From the NCBI GenBank assembly GCA_051294375.1, contig CM119264.1, forward strand, positions 27,509,469 to 27,573,468: 64,000 nt of DNA. The letters run 5' to 3'. Each line of letters starts with the position of its first letter. Position 1 is the stretch's first letter. This stretch comes from Paraspadella gotoi. Lineage: Eukaryota; Animalia; Chaetognatha. The notes beneath the pieces were generated by a model that was given only the letters and a program-made list of their open reading frames with translations, searched no databases and was not told where the DNA came from. Below are positions 45,088 to 57,948 of this stretch, one piece after another. The position numbers were made by a program, and so were the translations under genes.

Positions 45088-47396
45088 TTAGTAAATTGCT
45101 ACAGCGCACAGAACTGGTATGATTAATGATAACAAGTTGAATATGTCATAATTATGGTACTGTTCTCTGTCTATGCACTCCAAAAAATTATTGTAAAAAT
45201 GAAGAATATTTTTTTTATTATCCCTATTTTTAGTTTGATAATACAACGTCGTCGTTATAGAATTTATAAATATATAATTAAGTGACTCGGCTGGTATTTG
45301 TGTCGACAAAAGAGCTTGTCTATCATTTGTCTGAAATTCGTATTCATAAACCTTATAAAAGGAATCACAAAGCTTACGACTCCCTTTTGTTTTTTTAGGC
45401 AATACGAAAATCTCGTAATAGCAAATATGAAAAACTGGAAATATTATTAAAAATATTGCTTTTAAACAAATATTTTTGCTTTTGTTTTTGATAATCTTTG
45501 ACAATATTACAAATATCCATGTTATAAAAGGACACCACGAAATATTGGATATTATGTAAAAATATTCATTAATCATCAAAAGCGAGAGAACGTGATTCGC
45601 ATAATATATTTTTGGCTGCTCGCTCCAAGGACGAGCAGAACAGCAAGACATAAGATCCGAACGAATTTTTTGACGACTATTCACTCCTACTTTTATAAGG
45701 CAAGCACAAGATGGCAGACAGCAAGCAATCAGACCAAGAATTCCGAGTATTTTTTTTCCAGACAGTGAAATGCTTTTTTTCTTTTCAAATGTTTCAAGCA
45801 TCAGAAGGTTCATGTACAAGAGAGGTGACGTGTACGCAAAATTAGAGTAAAGAGTAAAACTTCTGTAGAGTTTTAATTTGGTCTCAAAAAGTTGTTCATA
45901 ATTAATTATACCAAAACATGAACTTTTCCTACAATGAAACAAACGGGATTTCTGGCTACTGATTGAGTGGTTAACGGTATCGCGANNNNNNNNNNAAAAT
46001 TGACGCTAGTTATGGCCAGAGGGGCCACCGCCGCAAATAGAAATGAGATTAGTTTAGCTAATTTTTTTTTAGAAATTAAAATCGAAGCTACATACAAAAG
46101 ACCAAAAGCGAGATCCGTCGAGAGAATGAGCAAAATGGTCTCGTGTCGTGGCTCGAGAAGATTGTAATTACCGAGATAGTAAATATCCCCCAGGGGAAAA
46201 ATCCCGATGTTAGGATTCTTAAGTTTAAGAGTCTCGCAGGACATAATCAAAGTAGAGGGAATCATTTCCTTCCATCTATTGTGATCGGTTAAACCGTCCG
46301 TTTGAAAACATCTCGGCGCCTCTTTTTCGAATAGAAAGCTAAAGATTATGAAGCGTGGACTGAAAGTGCCCCACGCTTCGTTCACTGCCGTATCGATACT
46401 GTACGGCAAGTGAGTCCTGATCCTGAAACTCTTGTCGATGTTGAAAAAGATAGAAACCATTTGAGCAGAAAGGCAAACCATGATAAGGTAAGGAGCGAAG
46501 TAAGTCTTCTTATTCTCGCGAGAAGTCACAGAACCCCGTAATCTATCGCGCAATTCTGCGACGGTAAAGATTCTCAGCAGAACCAAGGGCGTGAGAAGAA
46601 CCAAGCATATGTGACATTTCAAAGCCCAAACGTAAACGAGGTGAATGAATACGACAGCGCCAACGACGCCTTGGACAATACCCAATGCACCGATAAAAGA
46701 TGCCGCTGGAAAGCCCCGAGTTGTTGAGGCGGTTGTCGCGAGACCAATTGTCGAAAGCACAAACGAAATCAGAATATCGTGATTCTCCAATGGCCAACTG
46801 CAGATAAAATTAAAAAGAAAGGCTTTTGTTACGGATGCGCGGCAAGTGCACGGGGTGTCGGTCACAGTCGCGTTGGCGTTGAGTTCGATGAGCGAGTGAT
46901 GTTGAACAAAGTCGGTGTTGTTCTGGAAAGGTAAACACAGTTTATTCGTTCCACTCGTAAAAGACAAGACGATTGCCGCAGCTTGAAGGAGAATTTGCGG
47001 AAAAGTCTCCAACAAAAGATGCAACGAATCGAGGATTGCCACCAACTTCTTCTTTGCCGCGTTCGTCGCCGGTAACGAAAGAGGTTTGTCCAGATGGTCG
47101 TCGATCGCAACGAGCACATTGGCCAGACCCAACAAACACAATACCATCGTCGTTACTTTCCGCCCGGCGCCACGCCAGAGGCGGGGAAACGACGCCGCTT
47201 CTTTTCGTAAACGGCGCCAGAGCACGACGCCGCAAGTGAGGCCGTGCGTCGCCAAAACGGCGCTCATGACGTAACCGATTTTTTTCTCGACGGAAAAATC
47301 TTTTTGGCAGAAAACATAAGTCGTTCTCAAATCGGTGAAGACGTCGGCGACGTTGAAAAGGACGAGGACGAGCGAGATTGCGGTGGCAACCTTCAT
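45088..47396 (-). CDS. XK-related multipass membrane protein, intronless paralog (~770 aa; frame change across a 10-N gap)
   Basis: NVADVFTD and LLLETFPQILLQ motifs. Shares LTP..LLRIFT, GIVQG..G, FFNI.K and LGNY..L.P blocks with 24388-28328. Confidence 0.75.
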
Positions 47397-48880
47397 GGCG
47401 GCGGAGACGAGAATGAAGGAAGAATTGAGAGAGAGAGAGAGAGAGTGAGAGAGAGAGAGAGAGAGAGAATATAAATATTCATTTTAATTAATATAATTTT
47501 TTAATATAAACGTTCGAGGCAGGTGTTTAAAAATAATCAATTTGTCAAACAAATCAATTTCGAGTTTCGATTCATTTTCATCGCATTTTTAATTTTCTCT
47601 TTCAAGTTTCTGGTTCTGATTCCATCTGGGATGTTTTCATCACGATCGCTTTTCCGCCCTTTCCTCTATTTAGCGTCATAAAATTAAAATAAATGAATGC
47701 AATCTCTCTCAATCTCTAATAGAGATAAAAAGATAAGAAAGAAATACATATTCTCCATTTCTTTTCGCCTCTCTAATATATTCTTTTTTTTAATCCCAAG
47801 TTTACGCTTTTTAGTTGCGCCGCGAGTACTCGCGGAGCAACTCTCGGTCGGTCAATCCGTCGGTCTGAAAGACGGAATTTCGATGGACTGCAAGTCATAA
47901 ATACACGGGCTAAGAAAGTTTTTTTTTTTTATCATGTTATGTCGTTTCATATAATGTGAAAAATACACGTGAAAATTAAGTCACTGCGGCGCAACACTTT
48001 GGATGAACCGATCTTGTTCAACTTCTAATCTATTCGAAATTATTTTGTTACTTACGCCTTCCTTCAATTCTCGAATTTGTTTTCTCTTCTTTCATTATTT
48101 CCCTTTCTACCGCCGCCTCTTCAAATTTTTTTTGCAGTACTTTTGCTTTTTTTTGGCTTCATTTCTGTTTTTTGGACCGCTTTTGCTATTTCATTACATT
48201 ATAAAATTAAACAATGAAGATACTTTAATCAATTTTCTTATCGAGTCACTCTAGTCGTTTTTTTTTTTTCAAAATCGACGAGACTGAGAACTAAAAAACC
48301 TGTTTCTCAAATGAGAATCGGTGAGAATCAGTGAGAATCTCATTGATATAAAATTTAAAAAAAAACCTTCGATAAAAAAGTTTACGAATCGCCGCTGCAG
48401 CAGCTGGTTCAGCCGCTGCAAAAGCCCCAGCCGCGGCGGTGGTCAGCGAGGATCGAAAAGGGGCGAATTCAGTTTTGACCGTGATCCCTCGACCGAAAGA
48501 CTCTTGGCAAGAGGATGCATTGTTTTTTCAGTGTCGACTGTCGTTTCCTTTAAGTCCGAAACAACAAATCCTGCTGCGTTTGTTTTTTTTTTTTCACGAT
48601 AACGATCAACAACAACAACAACCAGAAGGAAGAGAATCACGTTTTTTTCCCGAATCAAATCCTGTTGACTTTTTTTATGACAGGAAAACGTCGTCGCCAA
48701 AATATTATATTAAGTAATCTATGTACTAACGCTCTTTTTTCGAATTAAATTAAAATTTACCAAGTTAATGAAATGAAAAATCAACTAAAAAAAAAATCAC
48801 TGGAGAAGATAAACAATTTAAAAATATAAAATAACAAAAAAATAATAATCGTCGAAAATTAAATTAAATTAAATTAAACG

Positions 48881-50150
48881 ATGGCGAAACCGTCGATCAA
48901 TTCCAGCGACGACGAGGAAACGACGACGATTATGAAGACGACGACGAAGACGACGCCGCCGCCGGAGAAACTGAGAGTCCGCCTTCCAGACGCCAACAAC
49001 GCCAACGCCGACGCCGCCTCCGACACCGCCTGCGACGCCGACGCAGCCGACAAATTGAGGCGAAAGGATGATGGAGGTTGCGGCGATTGTCGCAGACCGC
49101 CGTCCGATATTTTCGACGGCGGTTGCTGCAACAGAAGAGATCGTTGCTGCAACAGCGGTCACCGAGACGACTTTATAGAAGATTATCATTGCGGCAATCA
49201 CTTCGAAGTTCGTCGCTGCTGCGACTGCATCGCGGAAGTTGCTGACTGCAGCAGTTGTAATCGAAAAAGTTGCTGCAAGTTCGGATGTCGACAAGACGAA
49301 GTAGGTTGCGAAAGACGCTGTCACAGGATCGAGAGAGACGAATGTTGCTGCAAACGTGAGCGAGTTTGCGGCAGGCGAATGAATCATTGCGATAAGAAAA
49401 TATCGAAAGATTATGGATGCTGCAAGCGCGAGAAGACCGAGAGAAGAAGTAGGAACAACAACAACAACAACAAGAGAAAAGTTCCTGATCGAGGAGAATC
49501 CAAGTGTCATCGCCTTTCCCTTCGCGACGACGTCGTTCATACCCGGACGAGCCTTTCCCCAAGATGTCGACGAATCGTCGTGAGTTGGCGAGACTCTCGA
49601 GAGACCCCATCGCCGCCAACGACTACATCAAGGCGAAGTTGATGGGGGAGTTTGATGCTGGAGTCAAAGGGACTCTAAATGCGGCGGCGGATGCGGCTGC
49701 TGCACCCGTTCGTCCTCTCGCTCCACCCTCCAACGACCCTGCGCATGTCGGCCGACTTCCTCCAGCGCCTCGTCCGCCTCCTCGTCTCCCGTCGCCTCCG
49801 TCATCCTCAATCCGCTCGACGCCGGCCTCTCGCGCGTCGAATTCGCCGTGGCGCCGACGTTCGACCCCGCGGTGCAGCGCCGTCGACGTTGCTCCCTCTC
49901 GCGGCGCCAATCACGTGGCGAAGACGACGACGTCCCGCGCCGAAGAGCCCGGCGTCGCGAGCGACGGTTGCGCGATTGCGTCTTCGCCAAGTGTCTACAA
50001 TGCGTTGTGGGCGTGGCTGTGACGATCCTCGTCGTCGCTATCATCGTCATCGCCTTGTGGGTCGTATTCACGAGGGGCGGGAAATATCCGGGGTGCAAGG
50101 AGGAGTGTTCCGAACACTCCTGGCACGTTGAAGGAGGGGGGATAGAGTAG
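48881..50150 (+). CDS. Single-exon Cys-rich protein with Pro-rich linker and C-terminal TM helix (needs two frame changes)
   Basis: GC-rich island with AAACGATGG start. Frame 1 carries ~25 Cys including CC pairs, frame 2 a Pro-rich segment, frame 3 RRRERRLRDCVFAKCLQC + TM VVGVAVTILVVAIIVIALWVVF. Confidence 0.5.
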
Positions 50151-50947
50151 GGGTGGTTTGAAGGGAACTTGGAGATGCGGGAGTGGAGAATGTCAAATAA
50201 ACAATTAAATTTACTTACTAGTTTTGCTTTGTTTGCTTTTAGGTTTTGTTTTTTTTTGTTTTTGTTTTTTTTTGTTTCATAAAATCCGACGGAAGCCCTG
50301 CAACTAATTCTTGATTTGTAATTTTATCTTTTGATTAATTAAATGATTTTCTTCAAGGCTCAAAAGAAATAATCACTGGGAACTCCTTTTAATCTTTTGG
50401 CTTGTAATTCAGGGTAGAAGATTTTCTTACTTTGATTGATTTTTAATTTACATCTGTTATTTCATTTTTCTAGTGGCTATATCGTAGTTTGTTTTCATTA
50501 TCCACATATATGTTTGTGGAATCAAATTTTTTTATTGTTACTGACTTCGTTTTGTTTTCAAATAGTAATTCATGTATTCAAGAATAAAACTCTGTTACGT
50601 TATTAACGAAAGACAAGTTCAATTTAACGGCATTTAAAAGTAATTAAATGAACACATATAAATACTTTACGGCTAAATAATACTAAATGTGCGATTTTTT
50701 TCCACATACGGAGCAATGCGGTGTAGAAGTATAAAAATAATATGAAAATTTATTTTGATTTAAAAAAATTATGAAAATCAATTATGAGAGGTCGAAAGGG
50801 AATTTAATGCAATCAAAATCGCTAATATCGGCTTCGTACACCTTTGGTGGTTTATATACACTATTTTTTATTACATAGTACATACATGTATCAATTTTTA
50901 GTAAAAACAGTTAAAAACATTTCTCGATCCCACAATAGACAATTGAA

Positions 50948-51958
50948 TCACCCCCCGGCAATCACTTCTCGTATCCATGGTAACGACGGAGCAAGTCGCA
51001 CGAAGACGAGTCGGCCAGTCGTCGGAACTGAATCTGCTCCGGCAGCGACGGCGGGGTCGGCATTCGGCAGCCGGATGGCCGAGAGACCGAATCTTCCGGC
51101 GCCGAGATAAGCGAAGAGAGGCGAGTCGCTCGGATCTCCCTCCTCGCTCAGCGTCAACATTCTGCGACGGGACGAATTAATGAACATTTGAAATTGTTAT
51201 CAATTAATAAAAATAATAAGTGTTCCATATTCTGGGTCCTAAAGTCTCTCTCGTCCTCTCGTTTGACCAAACAATCAATCGGATACCCCTGGTACCGTAC
51301 TGTCGCTTCCGCGAAGGTGTTGGTACTGGACAGGGATTGAATCCAACACCTTGTGGTCTAGAAGCGACCACTTTACTCTATGATCCAAAGGATCATATAG
51401 CAGGGCTTTATATTTCTAAGAGGAATGAACCAGGACAACTTTAGAACAGTTTTTTTATGTCGACCTGGACGAAGTCGTTCCGCATAGGATTCCATCGAAG
51501 CGACCTCCAGCGTCGACGCAATTCTCTTTCTCGCGATCCAATCTCACGTGAGCCGCCTGAAAATTAAAGAGGATGATGACGATGAAGATCATACGTAATA
51601 ATTAATGAGTAATGATGACGATGCTGACTTCCATTATTATCATAATTAGGAGGATTACGATAAGGCTATAAATGTTAGTCATAGTTATGATATTGATAAC
51701 GATAATGATTAATGAAGATGATGATTAGGAAGACGATACGATGATGATGAATATGTTATCATTGAAATTCAGAAAAACTAAGGAAAACTCTAAGATTTCA
51801 GAAAGCATCACATTCGAAACGACTTTTCATTTTTTCGATTATAATTTATAATTTTTCACCCTGATTTGAATTCTGTTGATGGGTTTTTGTTTGAGTCTTC
51901 GTCTGAAGGTCATAACGTTGCTCTTTTGTTCGTCCCCGGTGAAGATGCAGGGGAAATC

Positions 51959-51994
<36 letters not shown>

Positions 51995-53731
51995 TCGCGA
52001 GACGGAGGACACTCGAAGCATCGCCAAGTCGTGACCCGAATCTGAGTCGGTGTGGTTCGGATGCTGGAACGCGTCGTCGATTGAGAAAGTGGTCGAGGTT
52101 TCGACTGTGAAGGAGAAGTGACAGTGAGTACGTGCAAGTCGGTGCTGTGAATGATTTCCGACTCAATGTCATCGGATTGCCATCAAATTCAAAAACAAAA
52201 TCTAGTCAGCAATTTTAATTGCAACAATAATCACTCAGAAGTCATAACAGCACGACAACAATAACTAAATCGACAAGAAAAATAACGAAAACAACATGCA
52301 AACGATCACAACAAAAACGACCAGTAAAACAGCAATAACAACAATAACAACAATAACTCTCACCCCTAACGTGATTTCCAAAGACGACGACGACGCCCTC
52401 CAAATTCCGCCCCCCCTCCGCCCCCTCAGCCCGCGAGAGACACGACGACCGGACGAGGACCCACTTCCGGCGAAGTCTGACGCCATGACAGTGGGCGTGG
52501 CCGGAAGTGGCATCGACGAGAGTGGCGTGGTAAGGAAAAAGGCGGGCACGGCGTGGCCTGAGGAAGTTTAAAAAGTAAAATCTTTGTTTTTGATCTTCGT
52601 TTGGGAATTAGCTCAAGCGGTAGAGCGCTCTCTTTGCATGCGAAAGGTACCAGGATCGATACCCGGATTCTCCGTTTCGAATATGATAATAAAATTTTAC
52701 GATAAAATATATAGTTATTTTCATACCGTTTTCTAGGACAGCACGTGGGAATTAGTTAAAATGGTAGCGCGCTTGCTTAGCAAGCTTAGCAAGCGCGTGG
52801 TACTTAATTTGGGGCATTTAATAAATAGTAATATTTTTCTTTAGTTTACCTTTATTAGTGAATATTACAAGTACTTGGACCCACACCCCGGTTCTCCATA
52901 GAATTAATCTTTGCGTAAATTAAAAAAAATAAATACAATTTTGCCTTTCAAACTTTGACTTCAAGTAGTACTGCGAAGTTTGCTCAACTGGTAGAGCGCT
53001 CGCCTTTCGTGCGGGAGTTACTCGGAACGATGACTAGACTTCGCATGTACGCATTTTATTGATGAAATTAAAGAATAATAATAGTTTTATTTTCTACTCC
53101 GTAAACTTTCAAATCTTTGTTCGAATTCTAGCTAAATTGGTTGAGCACTTTCTTAGCGTTCTTTTAAAATCGATTCCCGGGTTTGAAATTATTCTTTAAT
53201 TTTTAAAGGAAATTAAAAAGTAATATAATTTTTATTTCTTATACTTATGACGTTTAAATGACTGGGGAATTGATTTTATTAAAGCTCGTTTGGCAGAGCG
53301 TTGACGAGGCGAGCGAAAAGAACACGCACAAAAGATTGGTAAGGAAATTAAAATGTAATATATTTTTTATGACCCGCTAATCAATGGGGAATTAGATTAC
53401 GCGGTAGAGCGCTCGCTCGACGATCGGGAACTTCTGGATCTCTTCTCCATGCATTTTATCTTTTTTTTTGAAGAAACTCACCAAGGTCGATCGCTCCTTC
53501 GATCCCGCTCCGTCTCCTCGCATCTCAAGTCGATCCATTTCTCAGAAATGCTTCCCTCCCACGACGGGATTGAGGGCTTCGTGGTCGTCGTCGTCGTCGT
53601 CGTCATCTTATACATCGTTGTCGTCGGAACGGAAGTTGTGGTTGCTGTTGTTGTTGACGTCGTCGGCTGGGGAGATGGCGAGGACACTGCCGATGCTTCC
53701 GTGGCAACTTTTTCTTTGGGGACTGACGCTA

Positions 53732-53770
<39 letters not shown>

Positions 53771-56246
53771 GTGTCGTCGCCGTCGTCTCTATCGTTGTCG
53801 CTGTCTCTTCGAAGGCGGCTAAGGAAGTCGACGAGGCGCTGGGAGTCGCTTCTGGTTTCTCTCGACTAAGTTCGTTGATTTCGTCTTTCTCTCTACTTTC
53901 CTTTCCTCCTTTTCTCATTTCCTCCGCTTCTCCCTCTTTTCCTCCTTCCTCCTGTTTTCTTTCCTTTCCTCCTTTTTTCATTTCCTCCGCTTCTTCCTCT
54001 TTTCCTCTTCTCTCCTCTTTTCTTTCCTTTCCTCCTTTTCTCATTTCCTCCGCTTCTCCCTCTTTTCCTCCTCCCTCCTCATTTCTCTCCTTTTCTTTCT
54101 TTCTTTTTTCTTCTCTTCCTTTTTGTTCTCTTTCCACTTCTTCCTCTCCTTCCTCCCTCTCTCCTCCTTCCTCTCCTCCCTCCCTCCCTTCCTCCCTCTC
54201 TCCCCCTTCCTCTTCTCCCTTCCTCCCTTCCTCCCTCTCCTCTACTCCGATCTCCTCCATCATTCCCTCAAACTCCTTCGGCACCGAGATTTTCTCTTTC
54301 CTCCCGATTCCTCCTCTTTTGGCCACGTAGTCCCTCAAGACGCTGGAGATGTCCTTGGATCCTCCAGGCGCCACCAGCTTGGAGGAGGTCGTCGACGTCG
54401 CCGCGGAGGCGTTGGAGGCGCCGAAGGGAATAGAGACGACGGGGCGGATGACGACGGAAGGCGCGGGGAAGGAGGAAGTGGGTAAAGAGGAAGTGGACGA
54501 GGTTGTTGAAGAGGAAGTGACAGAGGACGGAGTCTTGAAGAAGGTCGTTGATGTCGTCGTTTTCGTCGTCGTCACCTTCGTCGAAGGCAAAGAGGCTTCG
54601 GATTTGGTCGACGACGTGCTTGACGAGGAAGATCGATTCGGGCTTGTCGTTGTTGTTGTGGTTGTCGTTTTCGAGGGCAAAATCTTTGTCGTCGCCTTCA
54701 TCGTCGTCGTCGCTTTTGTCGTCGTCGTTTCCGTCGACGCTTCTTGCTTTTCTTCTTTCTTTGCTACGATAACAACCGAGGCGACGCCCCTAAACCGATA
54801 CCCCCTTCCTCCTCCTCCTCCTCCTCCTCCTCCTCCTCCGTAAGTCCGTCTGTCCAAATCGACTCGTTGCGTCCTCACTGCGTCGCGCTGCATCCTAACC
54901 GCGTAGCGTTGCGCCACGATACGGTCTCTGTGAGCCGCGACTTCGAACCGCTGCGCAGCGACGCTTTCGACGCGCGATTCGACTGCGTCTCTCTGCGCCA
55001 CGAAGACGTCTTTCGGCGTCAATGGAGGATGGTCCTCAACTTCGCGCGCATCTTTGGGCGCCCGGTAGACTTCATTCGGCGCGGAGAGAGGCTCCTTGTG
55101 CGCTCGGGAATTTTTGGAAGGCGCGCGGGACTCCCACTTACCGCTCGGGTTTTTGACGAGGTATTCCGGCTCAGGAGACTCCATGATGCTTCCGGTTTCC
55201 GTCAGCGACGAGGCCACCTCTCGCAATGCGGCTTTTTCTCGGCTCATATCCGCCTCTTGCCGGCTTCTGCTGGCCTCTTCCCGGGTCACCTTGGCCTCTT
55301 TTTGGCTCAAAATGGCATCTTCCCTTTTTAAACTCGCTTCTTCTATCTCTAATCGAGATTCTTCCTGTAGTAAATATGCCCGCTTCTCCTTCAAATCTTT
55401 TTTCTCTTCCTCTCCTTCGGCCTCTTTCAACAACCACTCCGCTTCCGACGCCTTCAAAGCCGCCTCTTCCTCCCGCAGCGCGGCTTCTTCCATCTTTAAC
55501 GAAGCCTCTTCTTCCAACAACGCGGCTTCTTCCTCCATCAGTTTGGCCTCTTCCCGCTGAAGGGCCTCTTCCTCCCTGGCTAATTCCTCATCCTGATCGC
55601 AAAGAAGTTCCTCCTCCTTGGCCTCCGCCAAAGTGACGCCGTAAAGATGCTCGGGAAAGACGCAAGCGGCGACGTCGGCGTCGGCGATGTTGACCGGCGG
55701 CGGCGCGGGGCGGCGCGGCGGAGTTCTGGAGTGCGACAGCGAGAGATCGTCGACGGGCGACTGGGGAAAGTTATCTTCGATGACTCTCTCAGCGTCGGAG
55801 GTCGAGGCGGCGCCGTGTGAAAAATATTGCTCGTCGGCGTCAACCGGTGCCGTTTCAATGGCAGCGTCGACGTCGGCGCTCCTTCGACGACGTCGTCTCG
55901 AGGTTTCCAACTCGCCAATCGTCCAATCATCTCCGACTCCTCTTCCTCTTCCTCCAACGTCGACGAACTTCTTGAGCCACCGCAATCGACAATCGCAACT
56001 CCATTGATTCCCCGCCAGATACAACTCCCCTCCAGGCGTCAACCCGGCCGCCACTTCCTCGTCCAGCCCCACCAGCTTGTTGCGGCTCAACAGCAGCGTC
56101 CGCAGCCGCGGGAGGCCCCGCCGCGCCGCGAAGACGTCGAGGAGCGAGTTGGCGGAGAGATCGAGATGTCGGAGGGAAGTCGCGTTCTCCACGACGGAGA
56201 GATTGAAGAGGGTGAGGACATTTCCACGGAGGATGAGGCGGTGAGG
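50948..56246 (-). CDS. LRR / coiled-coil / mucin-like / inactive trypsin-like mosaic protein (5' exons not located)
   Basis: Exons 56246-53482, 52557-52364, 52104-51860, ~51556-51464 and ~51161-50948 join in phase. LRRs (LRHLDLSANSL, LRTLLLSRNKL), LRRCT (GNQWSCDCRLRWL..C..P..L), EEEAALx heptads, Thr/Ser tracts, then FPYHATL..HCHG..WVLVRSSCL, HPN..HDLAMLRV, GDPSDSPL, VFVRLAPSLPWIREVI. Confidence 0.8.
51315..51405 (-). mobile_element. tRNA-derived SINE-like copy
   Basis: Minus-strand B-box-like ggattcaatccc with upstream tRNA-like spacing. Confidence 0.4.
52602..52674 (+). tRNA. tRNA-Ala (TGC)-like, probably pseudogene
   Basis: tgggaattagctcaagcggtagagcgc..ttgcat..ggatcgatacccggattctcc; G3:U70 retained but mismatches in the acceptor, anticodon and T stems. 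Confidence 0.6.
52746..53450 (+). pseudogene. Array of ~5 further degenerate tRNA-Ala-derived copies (~52747, 52973, 53122, 53264, 53386)
   Basis: Recurring gggaatt.gct...tggtagagcgc motif, with ttctcca 3' ends in some copies. Confidence 0.7.
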
Positions 56247-57948
56247 CTGAAGGGGTCGGGGGGGAAGAAGGGGTGATGGAGGAGGAAGGGGTGGGAGAGA
56301 GGGTGGTGACGGGATGAAAAAGATATTGAACAAGTTAAGAAAACAACGTCGGATCCGCCCACGATTAATTGGCCATTGCCTCTTCCTCTTATCATGATAA
56401 GTTCGGTCGGTTAGTCGGTCACTTACAATGTAACATACATATGTTGTGATTGCTAATTTAACTCGGGTAATACTTCTTCATTATGTTAATACTGAGATCT
56501 AAGGTGTTGCATCATGTAAGATGCTTCAGTAAACGCGGTAAGTTTGGTCGCGTGATCACAGATCTATACAATTTTTTTACATGCAAATTTGTTTATTTTT
56601 AGTAATTACTTTACTGATATAAGTGATTAACCGTAATACATATTTATAATCAATTAATCATCCTAAAATGTATTTAACAAGTATTTAACCTTTGTTATGA
56701 TAGGTCTATTCAGCATAATTTATTATTACGATTATAGTAATTGAATGCCATACAGAACGGCCTACAGGCGGATATTTGCTAGTTTCAGAGCTTTGGATCT
56801 GACTAGACTCCGTCCCTACAGGTTAAAAATCTTGTCTTGGGTGCGAACCCAAGGCCGCCCTCTTCGACCGCAGCAGACAAAGAAGAAGAGGAAAAACTTG
56901 TTTTTCTAAACTACAGTAAGATATTTTTTAAATGGAACCAAATATTAGACTCTTGCCTGAATTATGATAATTTTTGAAAAATTTAATTCTAGTAGTCTCG
57001 TACCATTACAATTCATTAAAAACTGTTTCAAAATTATTTAAAAAAATTCTGAAAAGTGTAAATAATTCAATGAACAAATTTTTCCAGGTGTAAAAATTTC
57101 AATGAAAAAAGTTTTAGTCAAATTTTTCAGTATGAACTGGGAAAATAAAGTTTTTATTTTATAACATTTAAATTATTTAATTTAATGCTGATAATAATAA
57201 AAAATGATATAAGAAAAATACAACCAAAATCTTATAAAAGATTAATTAAACTTAATATAAGGCTGAAGAGTGAGGACTACTATGCTTATCTTCTTTACCC
57301 CACCAGCAGCAATAAAATGAGTCATGGTCTTGGAACCAGGATTGAGGGTTTTCCACGCCTCCAAAGTTTTTTTTTCCCGCAGGGCCAACAGTTCACCATT
57401 TATAAGCGGGGTGAAAATATTGCAATGACCGACTACAATTTAAATAAATTAGGATTTTTAATTTTTTTCATATTTTCATTATTGATTTTTATAAGAATGA
57501 AAATTTCAACGTTTCAAGGTTTTAAAAACTAATTAAATTAAAAACTTAAATATAATCCATAAGTCAATTTATATTTTTTAATGAAAAAAAGGCTAAAACG
57601 CTAACTTAGTAAATAGTTTATTCTGTTCATCTTTTTTAGGCTTTTAGTTGATTGTATAATTAGATTTACTAAATAATATAATATCTAAGCTGAAATAGGT
57701 AACCAGTGAAATTTTTAATTTATCAAAACATAAACAAATTAATTTGTTTAAATGCTTACACAATGATAAGTCTTTTTTTTACAGTACTATTAATTTTTTT
57801 TACATAATATTATTTTTAAATGAGGCTCAATGCTTTCATAACATTTGAAATAGTACTTACTGTACCTTCCTTTTTCTCTCCTTCATGTCGTAATTTCTAA
57901 TGCAATAACTTTATAAATTTTGGAACAAGATAAAAATTATTCCGTAAA

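Noticed and set aside
53449-56276. Long plus-strand ORFs (poly-V, poly-S)
   Set aside because: Antisense shadows of the low-complexity LRR exon.
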